Positions 25,780-36,066 of a DNA stretch of 44,186 bases are shown here, piece after piece. Within the stretch, counting starts at the first letter, position 1; the number at the start of each line of letters is the position of its first letter. The stretch is from assembly GCA_977017645.1 (NCBI GenBank), contig OZ360239.1, positions 7,254,001 to 7,298,186 of the forward strand, in the 5' to 3' direction. This stretch comes from Torpedo marmorata. Taxonomy: Eukaryota. The position numbers and the translations under genes were made by a program. The notes below the pieces were generated by a model. The model searched no databases. It worked only from the letters and a program-made list of their open reading frames with translations, and had not been told where the DNA came from.

Positions 25780-26329
25780 CTCTGATAATCTGTTTAGAAA
25801 CCCCAATCAGCATCTGGCTCACTGTGGTTTCCCTGATTCCCTGAAGTTCACTGGAAAATGTATTGTGCTGCAACATCCATTAAGTAGTAAATTAAAAGTG
25901 TTGGGATATTAATAAGAATAGTCTGGAACCTCAAAGTCTGGCACCACCTGAGTCCGAGTGTGGATTATCAGAGTTTTACTGGTAGTGAGTATACTTGTGC
26001 CTTTAAAATTGAAATGAGAATGTGACAGGTTATTTTAGAATGTGGTTCAAAGGTAAATTTAAGCTTGGATATTACACACTTGTAGGATGACAGAGCAAAT
26101 CAAAAGGTCTTGCAACCAGTGAAGCCATTAGAGATATCTTGATGCACTTGCTTTGACAATTGCATTCAAAGGTGCTATATATAGGTGAGTATATTGTTGA
26201 AGGTAATTTTTTTCAGCTCTCCATTTCATCTACATGTTCTGAAGGGACTGGGAGAAGGCAGGTTTTTTGGTCAGATACCTATTCAGTCCATAGCTTCAAG
26301 ACCAGTTTATCAGGAATGAGCACAATGGT
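25780..26329 (+). repeat. Local direct duplication, copy B
   Basis: Colinear with 20612-21120, with scattered substitutions and small indels. Confidence 0.95.
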
Positions 26330-26959
26330 CAAAGATTACTTCTCAAACCAGACTGGAAAAAGAATTAGTACAGTTTTTGTTTTGATGCACGAAATGCAGA
26401 TTTGTTAATAACATTTGAACAAAATTGTGTTCCTCACTTATTTCCCCAAAGAAAGCTTTGCCACCATTGTAAATTCAAATCTCATCTTGAATTTTCTACA
26501 TATTATAGCTAGATATTTGTTGGTTATTATTTGGGGGGGGGGGGGGGGGGTGGTGGGTGAAAAACAGCATATTGAATGATTGTTAAAGGCTTTATAATGC
26601 TATGCAGGAAAGATAACTTCTACCCATCTCTATCTTGTCCACATGTACTCCCTACTCCATACAAAGTGGTTGTCATTATCATGTAAGTGATGTAATAGAA
26701 GGTCCATCCATTCTTCAGATTGATAATGAGCAATAGATTTTGGCCACCAGATGTTTTACATCTTGACATGGAAACAAGGTTTCAGGATTCTGTTTTGTAT
26801 ATTGTGAGCACTAATATAGGATGAAACAAGTACATGAGTCAATATTGCATCTTTCACCTGGAATAGTGCAATTATTACTGCTGTAACGGATTGACAGCCT
26901 AAATTTGTTGCAGAAATTACAATTAGGGAGACTTGAAAGCTCTAGGATACAATTTAAGC

Positions 26960-27250
26960 ATACCGTATGGAAACGGCCCATCAGCCCACCACATCTGCTG
27001 GCTATCCATTTGCACTAATGCCATCTCTTTATTCTCCCACGTTCTCATCAACACCCAGAATCTACACTCCCCTGCAGGCTCGGAGCAATTTACAGTTGCT
27101 AGTTCACTTCACAATGTCAGAAAACTGGAGCATCAAAACGAAACCCACATGGTCACATTGAGAATGTGGAAACTCAAAACCCACCACAAGACGTCAAAAT
27201 TGAACCTGGGACACTGAGCGAAGATGCAGTAGCACTGCTAACTACTTTCC
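26960..27250 (-). mobile_element. Degenerate tRNA/V-SINE-like element
   Basis: GAAAACTGGAGCATC...GAAACCCACATGGTCACATTGAGAATGTGGAAACTC is the decayed reverse complement of the V domain; CR1-like tail near 26965. Confidence 0.6.
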
Positions 27251-27899
27251 TAAAATATTTTGCATCAAACCAAGTTGATTGAATAACTAAAGAAAATGTG
27301 TCATCAACCTTTTTCTCATTTCATAACTTCTGACCTTTGAGCTTTTCACCTCTTCCTCTCCCTGCTCACTGTATTTACCTTAATGTTTTGTTTTTCCAGT
27401 TCTGACTTTCCAGTCTTTGACTTGAAATCTTAATTGTCCCATTGCCAGTTGTCTCCGTAATATCATTTTATTTTCCATGATTAGCGTAGTAAATTGAATC
27501 TAGAACTTGAAACTACCCTGTTCCCTTGCTAGTAAAGCCCACTTTCTACCCAGCAATGTGGTTCTTCAGGCATGTTCTCTCAAAAGTTAAGTCCAATAAA
27601 GCTATTCCATCAGTCACACCTTGATCATTGACAGCATGCTAAGAGTAGTTGATGTTTACTCCTTCCACTTCAAACCTGCCCATGTTACGGCTATAGTCCA
27701 TGCTTGGCCAAATAACCGGCATTTAAACGATGAAGTTAAAATGACTATTTTCGACTTCAGGACTGCATCGCACTGAATGTAGCATCTACGAGCCTTACTA
27801 ACATGAAAGCCATTGAAGGAAATGTCTCATTTGGCTGGATTCATAGTTGGAAAAGATTATGATTGTTGGAACTCAAATCATCTCAGTGCGAGCCGAATA

Positions 27900-28400
27900 T
27901 TGCAGAGTTTCACCGGGTATCACTTTAAACCATGTAATCTGCCTTTTCATGTTGGAGAAGTGAGGTTCAATCATGATTTCTCAGTGTTCAAACCCACACG
28001 ATATTCCTTACAATGAAGCAGTCTATACTTTCTGGGTTCAAAATCGGAAGAACATTCAGTTATGGGCTAATGTGCCTCAACTGCACAAATCGTAGGCAAT
28101 ATCCATCTCCAACAAGGCAAACCAGCTATCTTCTGTACAATGACATTCCCTTTCCTCAATCTTGCACTATAAAACCAGAAGCTTCCATTTTTAAGTGAAA
28201 CCTAACTAGGCCAGATACATTAAATACCATGGGTCCAGTAGGAAGTCAAAACTTGGGCAAATTACTCAAGGCTATCCTGCAGCTACAAACCAGGGTTGTA
28301 ATGGAGCATTCTTGTCTGGACGAGTACGGTTCCAAAACACAAACTCAAAGATTGAGGCCCTGCACCAAGTATTCACCTGTGCACTGGAGGATCCTCCCTC
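27900..28400 (+). mobile_element. Highly decayed CR1/L2-group LINE
   Basis: Residual segments (GGCAATATCCATCTCCAACAAG; GTAATGGAGCATTCTTGTCTGGACGAG) resemble the reverse complement of the old LINE around 37140-37200 and 40800-41030. Confidence 0.45.
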
Positions 28401-28594
28401 TATAAAATGTATTGCAGCATAAAAAATGAAGGACAAAGGCAACAGATGTAAAAATGCAGGTACCACAAGTCTTATCAATTCAATATCTTGGCTTAATATG
28501 GATTTAGAGCATTCAACCCATTAAAACCATAACATTCCCTTTATCTGTAATACTGTAAATTATTTTTCTTGTGCTCTTTAATTCTTTTATTATC

Positions 28595-28770
28595 ATTAAG
28601 GTTAATTTAGAGTAGATAATTAACCTACTAGCATATCTTTGGCATGTGGGAGGAAACCAGAGCATGCAACAGAAAACTACATGGTCAAAGGGAGAACATG
28701 CAAAGTGCACACATGCTGCACCTGAGGTCAGGATCATACCTCAGTTCCCTGGAGTTTAGAGGCAGCAGTG
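28595..28770 (-). mobile_element. Degenerate V-SINE
   Basis: ATGTGGGAGGAAACCAGAGCA...AGGGAGAACATGCAAA is the reverse complement of the V domain. Confidence 0.7.
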
Positions 28771-28972
28771 ATAGCCAAGAATAGGAGCAGGCCATCTGGC
28801 CTGTTGAATCTGCTCCACCATTCATTAAGATCATGGCTGATCTGGCTGAGGACTCAGCTCCACCTACCTGCCCTTTTCCCATAACCCTTGATTATAAACA
28901 TCTTTATATTTAATGTAATTGTTTCTTTGGACAGATTCATTATCTGGGAAAAGCAGTTTCTCATATCCATCT

Positions 28973-29238
28973 TGGGCGGCATGGTTGGCGAAGCGGTTAG
29001 AGCAACGCCATTACAGCGCCAGCGATCGGGACCGGGGTTCGAATCCCGCGCTAAGGTGCTTGTACGTTCTCCCCGTGTCTGCTTGGGTTTTCCCCTGGGG
29101 GCTCTGGTTTCCTCCCACCGTTCGAAACGTACCAGGGGTGTAGGTTAATTGGGTGTAAATTGGGCATCATGGACTCGTTGGCAGAAATGGCCTGTTACTG
29201 TGCTGTATGTCTAAATTTAATAAATTTAAATTTAATAA
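28973..29238 (+). mobile_element. tRNA-derived V-SINE (HE1-like)
   Basis: A box TGGCGAAGCGG, B box GGTTCGAATCC, V domain GTTCTCCCCGTGTCTGC...GGTTTCCTCCCAC, CR1-like tail and TAAATT repeats. Confidence 0.9.
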
Positions 29239-29249
29239 AAATATTGAAA

Positions 29250-30405
29250 TTTACTCCCCCTTAATCTTGAGGTTATGTCCCCTAATTCTAGTCTCACCAA
29301 CAAGTTGAAACAACCAATTTCCTCTGTTATGGGCAAGAGACTGTTCACCTGATCTATTCCTGTCATGATTTTGTGCGCCCCTCATCCTGCGCTCCAAGGA
29401 ATAAAGCCCCAGCCTTCTTAACCTCTCCCTATAGCTCAGGCCCCCGAGTTCTGGCAACATCCTCGTAAACCTCTGCACCCTTTCCAGTTTGACGACATCT
29501 TTCCTATAGAATGGTGACCAAAAGGGAATGTAATGCTCCAAATGATTCCTCACCAACATCTTGTGCAACTGCAAATGACCTCTTAACTACATTCAATATT
29601 CTTAACTGATGAAGGTCAATGTGTCAAGTCTTTTTGACCACCCTGTCCAGCTGTGACACCACTTTCAAGGTACTATGTACATGTACTGCAAGATCCCTCT
29701 GCTCTACAACATTCCTCAGATCCCTACATTCACTGTGTAGATTCTATACGTTAGGTCTCCCAAAATGCAACACTTCATATTTCTCTGTATTAAATTCCAT
29801 CAACCATTCCTATGCCCACCTGACTAACCGATTCAAGACCCTGCTGCAATCTTTGGCAACTGACTATCTACAATACAGACACTTTAGCGTCATCCACAAG
29901 CTTGCTAATCCTGCCATGTATATTTTCATCTAAATCTTTATTGATGACAAACAACAATGGCCCCAAAGAACCCACTAATCACAGGCCTCCAGTCTGAAAA
30001 ACAACCTCCAATCATCACTGTTTTCTACCATGAAGCCAACTTTCTATCCATCCTGCTATTGCATCTTGAATGTCATGTGATCTATCCTTCCAGAGCAACC
30101 TACTATGCAGAACCTTATTGAATTTCTTGCTGAAATCCATATATACACCTCTACAGCTCTGCCCTCGTCAACCTTGGACACGTCCTCAAATAAAGCTCCC
30201 TTAGATTTGTGAGACATGACCTCCCAGTTAAAATCATGCTGATTATCCCTTAACAGCCCTTGTCCATTCAAGACTATGTATATCCTCCTCAGAATACTCT
30301 CCAGTAATTTACCAACCACAGATGTTAGGCTCACTGTCCTGTAGTTCCCAGGCTTTTCCCTGCAGCCTTTCTTGAATAGAGGCACAACATTTGTCACCCT
30401 CCATT
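29250..30405 (-). mobile_element. CR1 LINE fragment (degenerate)
   Basis: NVVPLFKKGCREKPGNYRTVSLTSVVGKLLE and KDVVKLERVQRFTRMLP motifs. Confidence 0.9.
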
Positions 30406-31114
30406 GTTTAAGGTTGATCCTGGAGACTAGGGCATATTTATTTCTGAGTTCTGTGAGTACTGTGGATTCTGAGGTGCATTTATATTTTCCTAATCCCTCT
30501 CTTGAGATAGTTGATGGGGCACAGAGCAAGAATTATACTGGGTTGCTCTTTGTCCTGTCACCAATGGGGAAATAAGTGATAAGTATTTTGGGGTAAGTAG
30601 TTATTTTCCTTCCCCTTCACACCATGAAAATTCATTGAAAATTTGCACCACAAAATGAAGCCATTTGGGTGGTTGTACCTGTGCCACCCAAGAAAGGTGT
30701 AAACTAGCCCAATCCCAGATTTCCACCAGTAGCTCTTCATTCCTCCAGGTTGAAATTCAAATGCACATCATACTAAAATGTGAGAAGGCTTACATTTCTC
30801 CTACCCTTTCCAGCAATGTTTCCCCCCCCCCAACCTTTTTTGGTGGGGGGAGAAAAAAACCCTCATTTCGCCTCTAATTGTACAAACTACTTCAAAACTA
30901 CGCCCCATTGATTTTGAACCCTCTGCTAAGAGAAATTGTTCCTTTCTACTTCCTGTTTTTGACCTCCGCATTATACACCTCAGTTTAACCTCTCCTCAGA
31001 CTCCATTATTACAAAGAAAACAAGTCCTGGCAGCATCGTCCTTAATCTCCATGCACTTTCCAGTGAAATTACTTATTTTTCTTTTAACGTGACGAAAAAT
31101 GCACAAAGTACCCA

Positions 31115-32683
31115 TTACAAAGTGATGAGGAAAATCTTAAATGGATTTTTTTTTGCATCTGTATTTACTCTGGAGAAGGATGCAGAGTTTATAGAAGTGA
31201 GGCAAAACAGTGAGGTCATGGATCCTGTACAGATTACAGAGGAGATGCTTCCTGTCTTCAGGCAAGTAAGGGTGGATATAACCCCTGGGCTTGACAAGAT
31301 ATTCCCTCAGACCTTAAGGGAAGCTAGTGCAGAAATTGCAAGGGCTCTAGCAGAGGTATTTAAAAACGTCCTTAGCCACATGAGATGCCAGAGGATTGGT
31401 GGATAGCTAAAGTTATTCTGTTGAAGAAAGGTTGTAAGAATAATCTGGGAAATTATAGGCCGGTGAGCCTGACATCAATGATGAGTAAGTTATTGGAAGG
31501 TACTCTCAGAGACTTTATAGACTGATTATGGATAGTCAACATGGCGTTGCATGGTAGGTCATGTCTAACCAATCTTATAGTTTTTTTGAGGTTACCAAGA
31601 AAGTTGATGAGGAAAGGCAGTGGGTGTTATCAACAAGGAATTTAGTGAGCACTTTGACAAGGTCCAAGGTCCCACAGTTGGTCAATATTCAGGATGAGGT
31701 AGTAAATTGGATTAAACATTAGCTTTGTGGGAGAAGCCAGAGAGTGGTAGTAGATGATTGCCTATCGAACTGGAGGCATGTGACTCATGAATGATGTACC
31801 TCAGAGATTGATGCTGGGCCCATTGTTTGTCATCTATATCAACAATCTGGATGATAATGTGGTAAATTAGATCAGCACATTTGCAGATGACACTAAAATT
31901 GGGGGTGTAGTGGATAGCGAGGAAGGCTTTCAAAGTGTAGTGAGATCTAGACCAGCAAGAAAAATGAGCTGCAAAATGGAAGATGGAAGTTAATGCGGGC
32001 AAGTGTTTGGGAAGACAAACCAGGGTAGAACTTGCATGGTAAGCGGAAGAACGGAGGGATCTGGGAATGCAGGTACACAATTCCATGAAAGTGGCATAAC
32101 AGGTAGCTAGGGTAAAATAAATTTTGACGCATTGGCTTCATAAATCAAAATATTGAGTACAGGAGTTGGGATATGTTGAAGTTCTATAAGAAAAGGAAAA
32201 ATGTCAATAAGATTGAGTGCAGAGAAAATTTGCAAGGATGTTGCCGAGATGAGCTGAATTATATGGAAAGGTGGAATAGGTTAGGACTTTATTCCTTTGT
32301 TGGAAAATGAGGGGAGATTTGGTAGAGGTATGCAAAATTATGAGGGGGATAGATAGGGTAAATGAAAGCAGGCTTTTCCCACTGAGGTTGGGTGAGACAA
32401 GAACTAGAGGACAGGGGTTAAGGGTGAAAGGTGAAATGTTTTAAGATAACATAATGGAGAACTTCAGTCAGGGTGGTGAGCGTGTGGAACGAGCTTCCAG
32501 CTCAAGTGGTGAATGAGGCTTCAATTTCAACATTTAAGAGAAATCTGGATAGGTACATGGATGGGTACATGGATGGGAGGGGTATAGAGGGATATGGTCC
32601 AGGTGCAGGTCGACGGGACTAGACAGAATGATAGTTTGGCATGGACTGAAGGGCCTGTTTCTGTACTGTAGTGTTCTATGGTT
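31115..32683 (+). mobile_element. CR1 LINE fragment with 3' tail (degenerate)
   Basis: FFASVFT, GNYRPVSLTS and FADDTKIGG coding remnants; tail GGGCCTGTTTCTGTACTGTAGTGTTCTATGG. Confidence 0.9.
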
Positions 32684-32886
32684 TTTTGTTCATTAACTTG
32701 TCCCCTGCATTCTAATCTGTCTCAACTAGTAAAGGAAAGCATGGCCAGATGTGGATTCATTTTTAACCACTTTTTTTGATCTGCCTTGTAATTTCAGGGA
32801 TTTGTGGACATATATTTCCCATTATCTCTGTTTCTCCGTGTATCTTATATTGTGTATTCCCTTGATAAATGCCCCCAAGTGTATTT

Positions 32887-33531
32887 CCATAAGACCATAG
32901 GAAAAATTGAAGGAGCAGAAATAGGCTATTCAGCCCATCGAGTCTGTCCCACAATTTATCATGAGCTGATCCATTTTCCCACTCGGCCCCACTGCCCGGC
33001 CTTCTCCCCATAACCTTTGATTCCCTGGCTAATCAAGAACCTGTCAATCTCTCTTAATTACACAATGACTTGGCCTCCACAACCGCCTGTGGCAACAAAT
33101 TCCACAGATTCACCACCCTCTGGCTAAAGAAATTCCTCCACATCTTTATTCTAAGTGGGCACCCTTCATTCTTGGAGTTGTGCCCCCCCCCCCCCTGTCC
33201 TAGACTCTCCCACCATGGGAAACAACCTTTCTACATCTACTCTGTCCATGCCTTTCAACATTCAAAATGTTTCCATGAGATTCCCCTCATTCTGCTAAAT
33301 TCCAGTGAGTACAGGCCCAGAGTTGTCAAATGCTCCTCATATGATAACCCTTTCATTCCTGGAATCATCCTTTTGAACCTCCTCTGAACCCTCTCTAACA
33401 TCAGTACATCCTTTCTTAAATGAGGAGCCCAAAACTGCTCTCAGTACTCTGTGAGTCATCAAGAGTGCCTAATAAAGCCTCAATATCACATCCCTGCTCT
33501 TGTATTCTATTCCTCTTGAAATGAATGCCAG
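32887..33531 (-). mobile_element. CR1 LINE 3' fragment
   Basis: CATAAGACCATAG...GGAGCAGAAATAGGCTATTCAGCCCATCGAG tail and CR1 C-terminal sequence. Short related tails at ~9937-10015 and ~28778-28892. Confidence 0.85.
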
Positions 33532-33597
33532 CTTTACCTGACACTTGCCAATTGGTATTGTTTCTGAAGTGCCTCTGCTATTCTTTATATCCAGTTT

Positions 33598-33823
33598 GAA
33601 ACACTATAGGCTGCAGACGCTGTGATTGTAGTAAACACACCGAAATGCTGGAGGAACTCAGCCGGTCTTTTCAGCATCTATAGGAGACAGATATTGCTGA
33701 CATTTCGGGCCTGAGCCCTTCCTTTTTTTTGGAAGAAGGCTCAGGCCCGAAATGTCGGCAATAAATCTTTGTCTCCTATAGATGCTGAAAAGACCGGCTG
33801 AAGTTCCTCCAGCATTTCGGTGT
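33598..33823. mobile_element. Penelope-like palindromic insertion
   Basis: Two ~85-bp inverted arms (33637-33721 / 33735-33823) around a T-rich loop; 14-bp TSD TTTATATCCAGTTT (33584-33597 / 33824-33837). Confidence 0.82.
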
Positions 33824-34567
33824 TTTATATCCAGTTTCACTTCTGGCAGGTTTAAAGAAAAAGTACACATCTCCTTTTTAACAATCTTCGTTCATTGGAA
33901 AACATTTTATGCCAACTTTTAAAATGCCACTGCAAGACAATTTGAAGAGCAAGGTCCCTCAAGCGATCGAGATATCAGAAATAAACTTAATTTAAGGTAG
34001 AATTGAGCAGGACACTTTGGAGGACTCTGTCACCAGAGTGTCTTTGGATCTTTCTCTTCCAGCCACTACCCAGGTGTCACTAGGAAAGATTGCTTCATTT
34101 TTTTGTTGCTTTTAAAATCTTTAATGTGCAACCTCATTGAATTCCATATGGGAAATGGAGATCTAATTGGTCCAATTACACTGGACACAAGATTTTGCTT
34201 CCAGAACACTTTTGGGTGTATTTTATGGATTTTGGGCTGTTGATCGCGAAAATCACCGTAAAATTTTCCCATCACATACTTTTTTTAAGATATAACCTAT
34301 TATTGTGATTACCTGTCATATTTTAAGTCTACTTCAAGCACAAAACCATGAATTGCAACATGTCATTGAAAATTCATTTTCTGCATTCACACTTGGACTT
34401 CTTCCCTGCTGATCTTGGTGCAGTCAGTGATGAACATGGTGAAAGGTTTCACCATGACGTGACCATGGAAAAGCAGTATCGGCAACTGGAATCCATCAAT
34501 GCTGGGTGACTATTGGTCATTGACACGAGAAGCATCAGATGCTGAGTACAAATGCAAATCAGCGGCA

Positions 34568-34757
34568 ATCGCTTCTCGGCCTTATTGGCTAAGATCATGT
34601 GTAGTTTCTGTTCTTATCAGTTTAATATCTGGTAGGTCCCTGACCAGAGGGACCGTGGATTAAATTGGTTTTTGGAGCAGGGAGGTTGGGCAGGAGCTTG
34701 CTCTGTGCACTCCACGCATCAACCTGGTATTGCAGTGTCTCTGGGAATGGTGCACTT
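34568..34757 (+). pseudogene. Full-length diverged U2 snRNA-like sequence (head of a retroposed element)
   Basis: ATCGCTTCTCGGCCTTaTTGGCTAAGATC...TTCTTATCAGTTTAATATCTG...GGAGCTTGCTC...CACTCCACGCATC...CCTGGTATTGCAGT...GGTGCAC is colinear with vertebrate U2. Branch-pairing sequence reads GTAGTT instead of GTAGTA. Upstream is transposase sequence, not an snRNA promoter. Confidence 0.92.
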
Positions 34758-35591
34758 CCCATCCATGGGAGGAGTCGGGACATCAAAGTTAGAATTTATC
34801 ATGGGGTCTTTGGGGGTCTTGCACCTGCCGCTGTAATGGCAGCGCTGGTGAGGACCCACAGGGAGCGAGGGAGCGGAGATACAGCGTTCCCGCGGGGTCC
34901 AGCCGCCCAGTGTCGGTTCCGCACAGGCTTTGAACAGCCCGTTAAAGGAGCTTATGGTGGTTTTATTTGAGATCCCGTGACCGCGGGGTCTGCGCCCAAG
35001 ATGGCAGCGCCTTTTAACCGGCAGCAGCCACGAGGGGCTGAGGACAGGAAGATCACCACTCGTCTGAGAAGGAGAAGCGGAGGAGACGACCCACGGGACG
35101 GTGACCACGTCGGCGGACCGGTGAGGGGCTCTGAGGCTGAAGGACCAGTGCATGCGGTGGGCTGCTGGCGACTCGAGGTGAGGAACCCGCGGAGGCTGTG
35201 GGCTGCTGGAGACTGCTGTCGGGGGACTCACGCCGGGCTGCGGACTGCTGCAGGCTGGCTCGAACTGGCTGGAGGAGTACCAGGTATCGGAACCCGTATG
35301 CGAGGGGGTGCCGTGGGCGACCTGACCGTGTTGGAGGTTCGGATCTGGAGCTCGGGATACTGATGGTTTGGACTGGACTCTGTGGCTGTGGAAGCGCTGG
35401 AGGTGAATCTATGGACACTCGGTGACTCTGGGGGGGACTCCCTTTTGCTTCTCTTTCTCTGACTGTAAGGAATGTTAGAGGCGCTTAGGCAATTTCTGCC
35501 GGTGGCGAATCTGTCTGCCTTGTAGCAGGCAAACAGAAATTTCATGGAATATGACACTGTCTTATTACTATGACAATAAATTGAATCTTGA
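34568..35591 (+). mobile_element. U2-headed non-autonomous retroelement (SINEU-like candidate)
   Basis: Removing 34568-35591 restores the host codons TCA GCG GCA|AAA CAT TTT TAG, so U2 head, linker, GC-rich body and tail most simply form one insertion. Confidence 0.8.
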
Positions 35592-35811
35592 AAACATTTT
35601 TAGGTCAGCTGAACTAACGCAATGTGTCAGCATCATTATGCGATTAAACATACTAAATTCAATAAACGTTAATTTAATGTTTCTCTAACTTCCTATGTGA
35701 TACAGGAAATCTGAAATTATCTTTGTGTTCAGCTTGAAGTTGTCTGTCATCCTTTTTTTCAGAAGCAAACCCTTTGGAAAAAATATGTTGTCTAGTGTTA
35801 TTTCACACTGT

Positions 35812-36066
35812 GGGACGGCACAGACAGCGTAGCATTTAGTGCAACGGTGTTAGTGCAAGTGATCGGAACCGGGGTTCGAATCCCTTGCTTTCTGCAAGGA
35901 GTTTGTACATTCTCCCCGTGTCTGCGTGGGTTTCCTCCGGGGGCTACAGTTTCCTCCCACCGTTCGAAACTTACCGGGGGTTGTAGGTTAATTGGGCGGC
36001 ACAGGCTCGTGGGCCGAAATGGTCTGTTACTGTGCTGTATGTCTAAATTTAAAAATAAATTTTAAA
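35812..36066 (+). mobile_element. tRNA-derived V-SINE (HE1-like)
   Basis: Same family as 28973-29238: B box GGTTCGAATCC, V domain, tail CTGTGCTGTATGTCTAAATTT. Confidence 0.9.

Larger units (their letters stand above)
34179..35797 (+). mobile_element. Chapaev3-like (CMC superfamily) internally deleted DNA transposon, interrupted by an insertion
   Basis: Termini CACTGGAC...GTCTAGTG with TTA TSD on both sides (34176-34178 / 35798-35800). Transposase C-terminus from 34348: MNCNMSLKIHFLHSHLDFFPADLGAVSDEHGERFH...SDAEYKCKSAA|KHF*. Confidence 0.78.

Noticed and set aside
20612-26329. Copies A and A' as paired LTRs of one retroelement containing the RT ORF
   Set aside because: They lack TG...CA ends, PBS and PPT, and the enclosed RT is an L1 with its own TSD and poly(A).
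34568-34757. Functional U2 snRNA gene
   Set aside because: Upstream is transposase coding sequence with no promoter, and the branch-pairing and Sm sites are altered.
34568-34830. U2-targeting retrotransposon (Keno/Utopia) insertion
   Set aside because: Those elements interrupt U2 internally near its 5' part. Here U2 is uninterrupted and the junction is ~70 nt past its 3' end.
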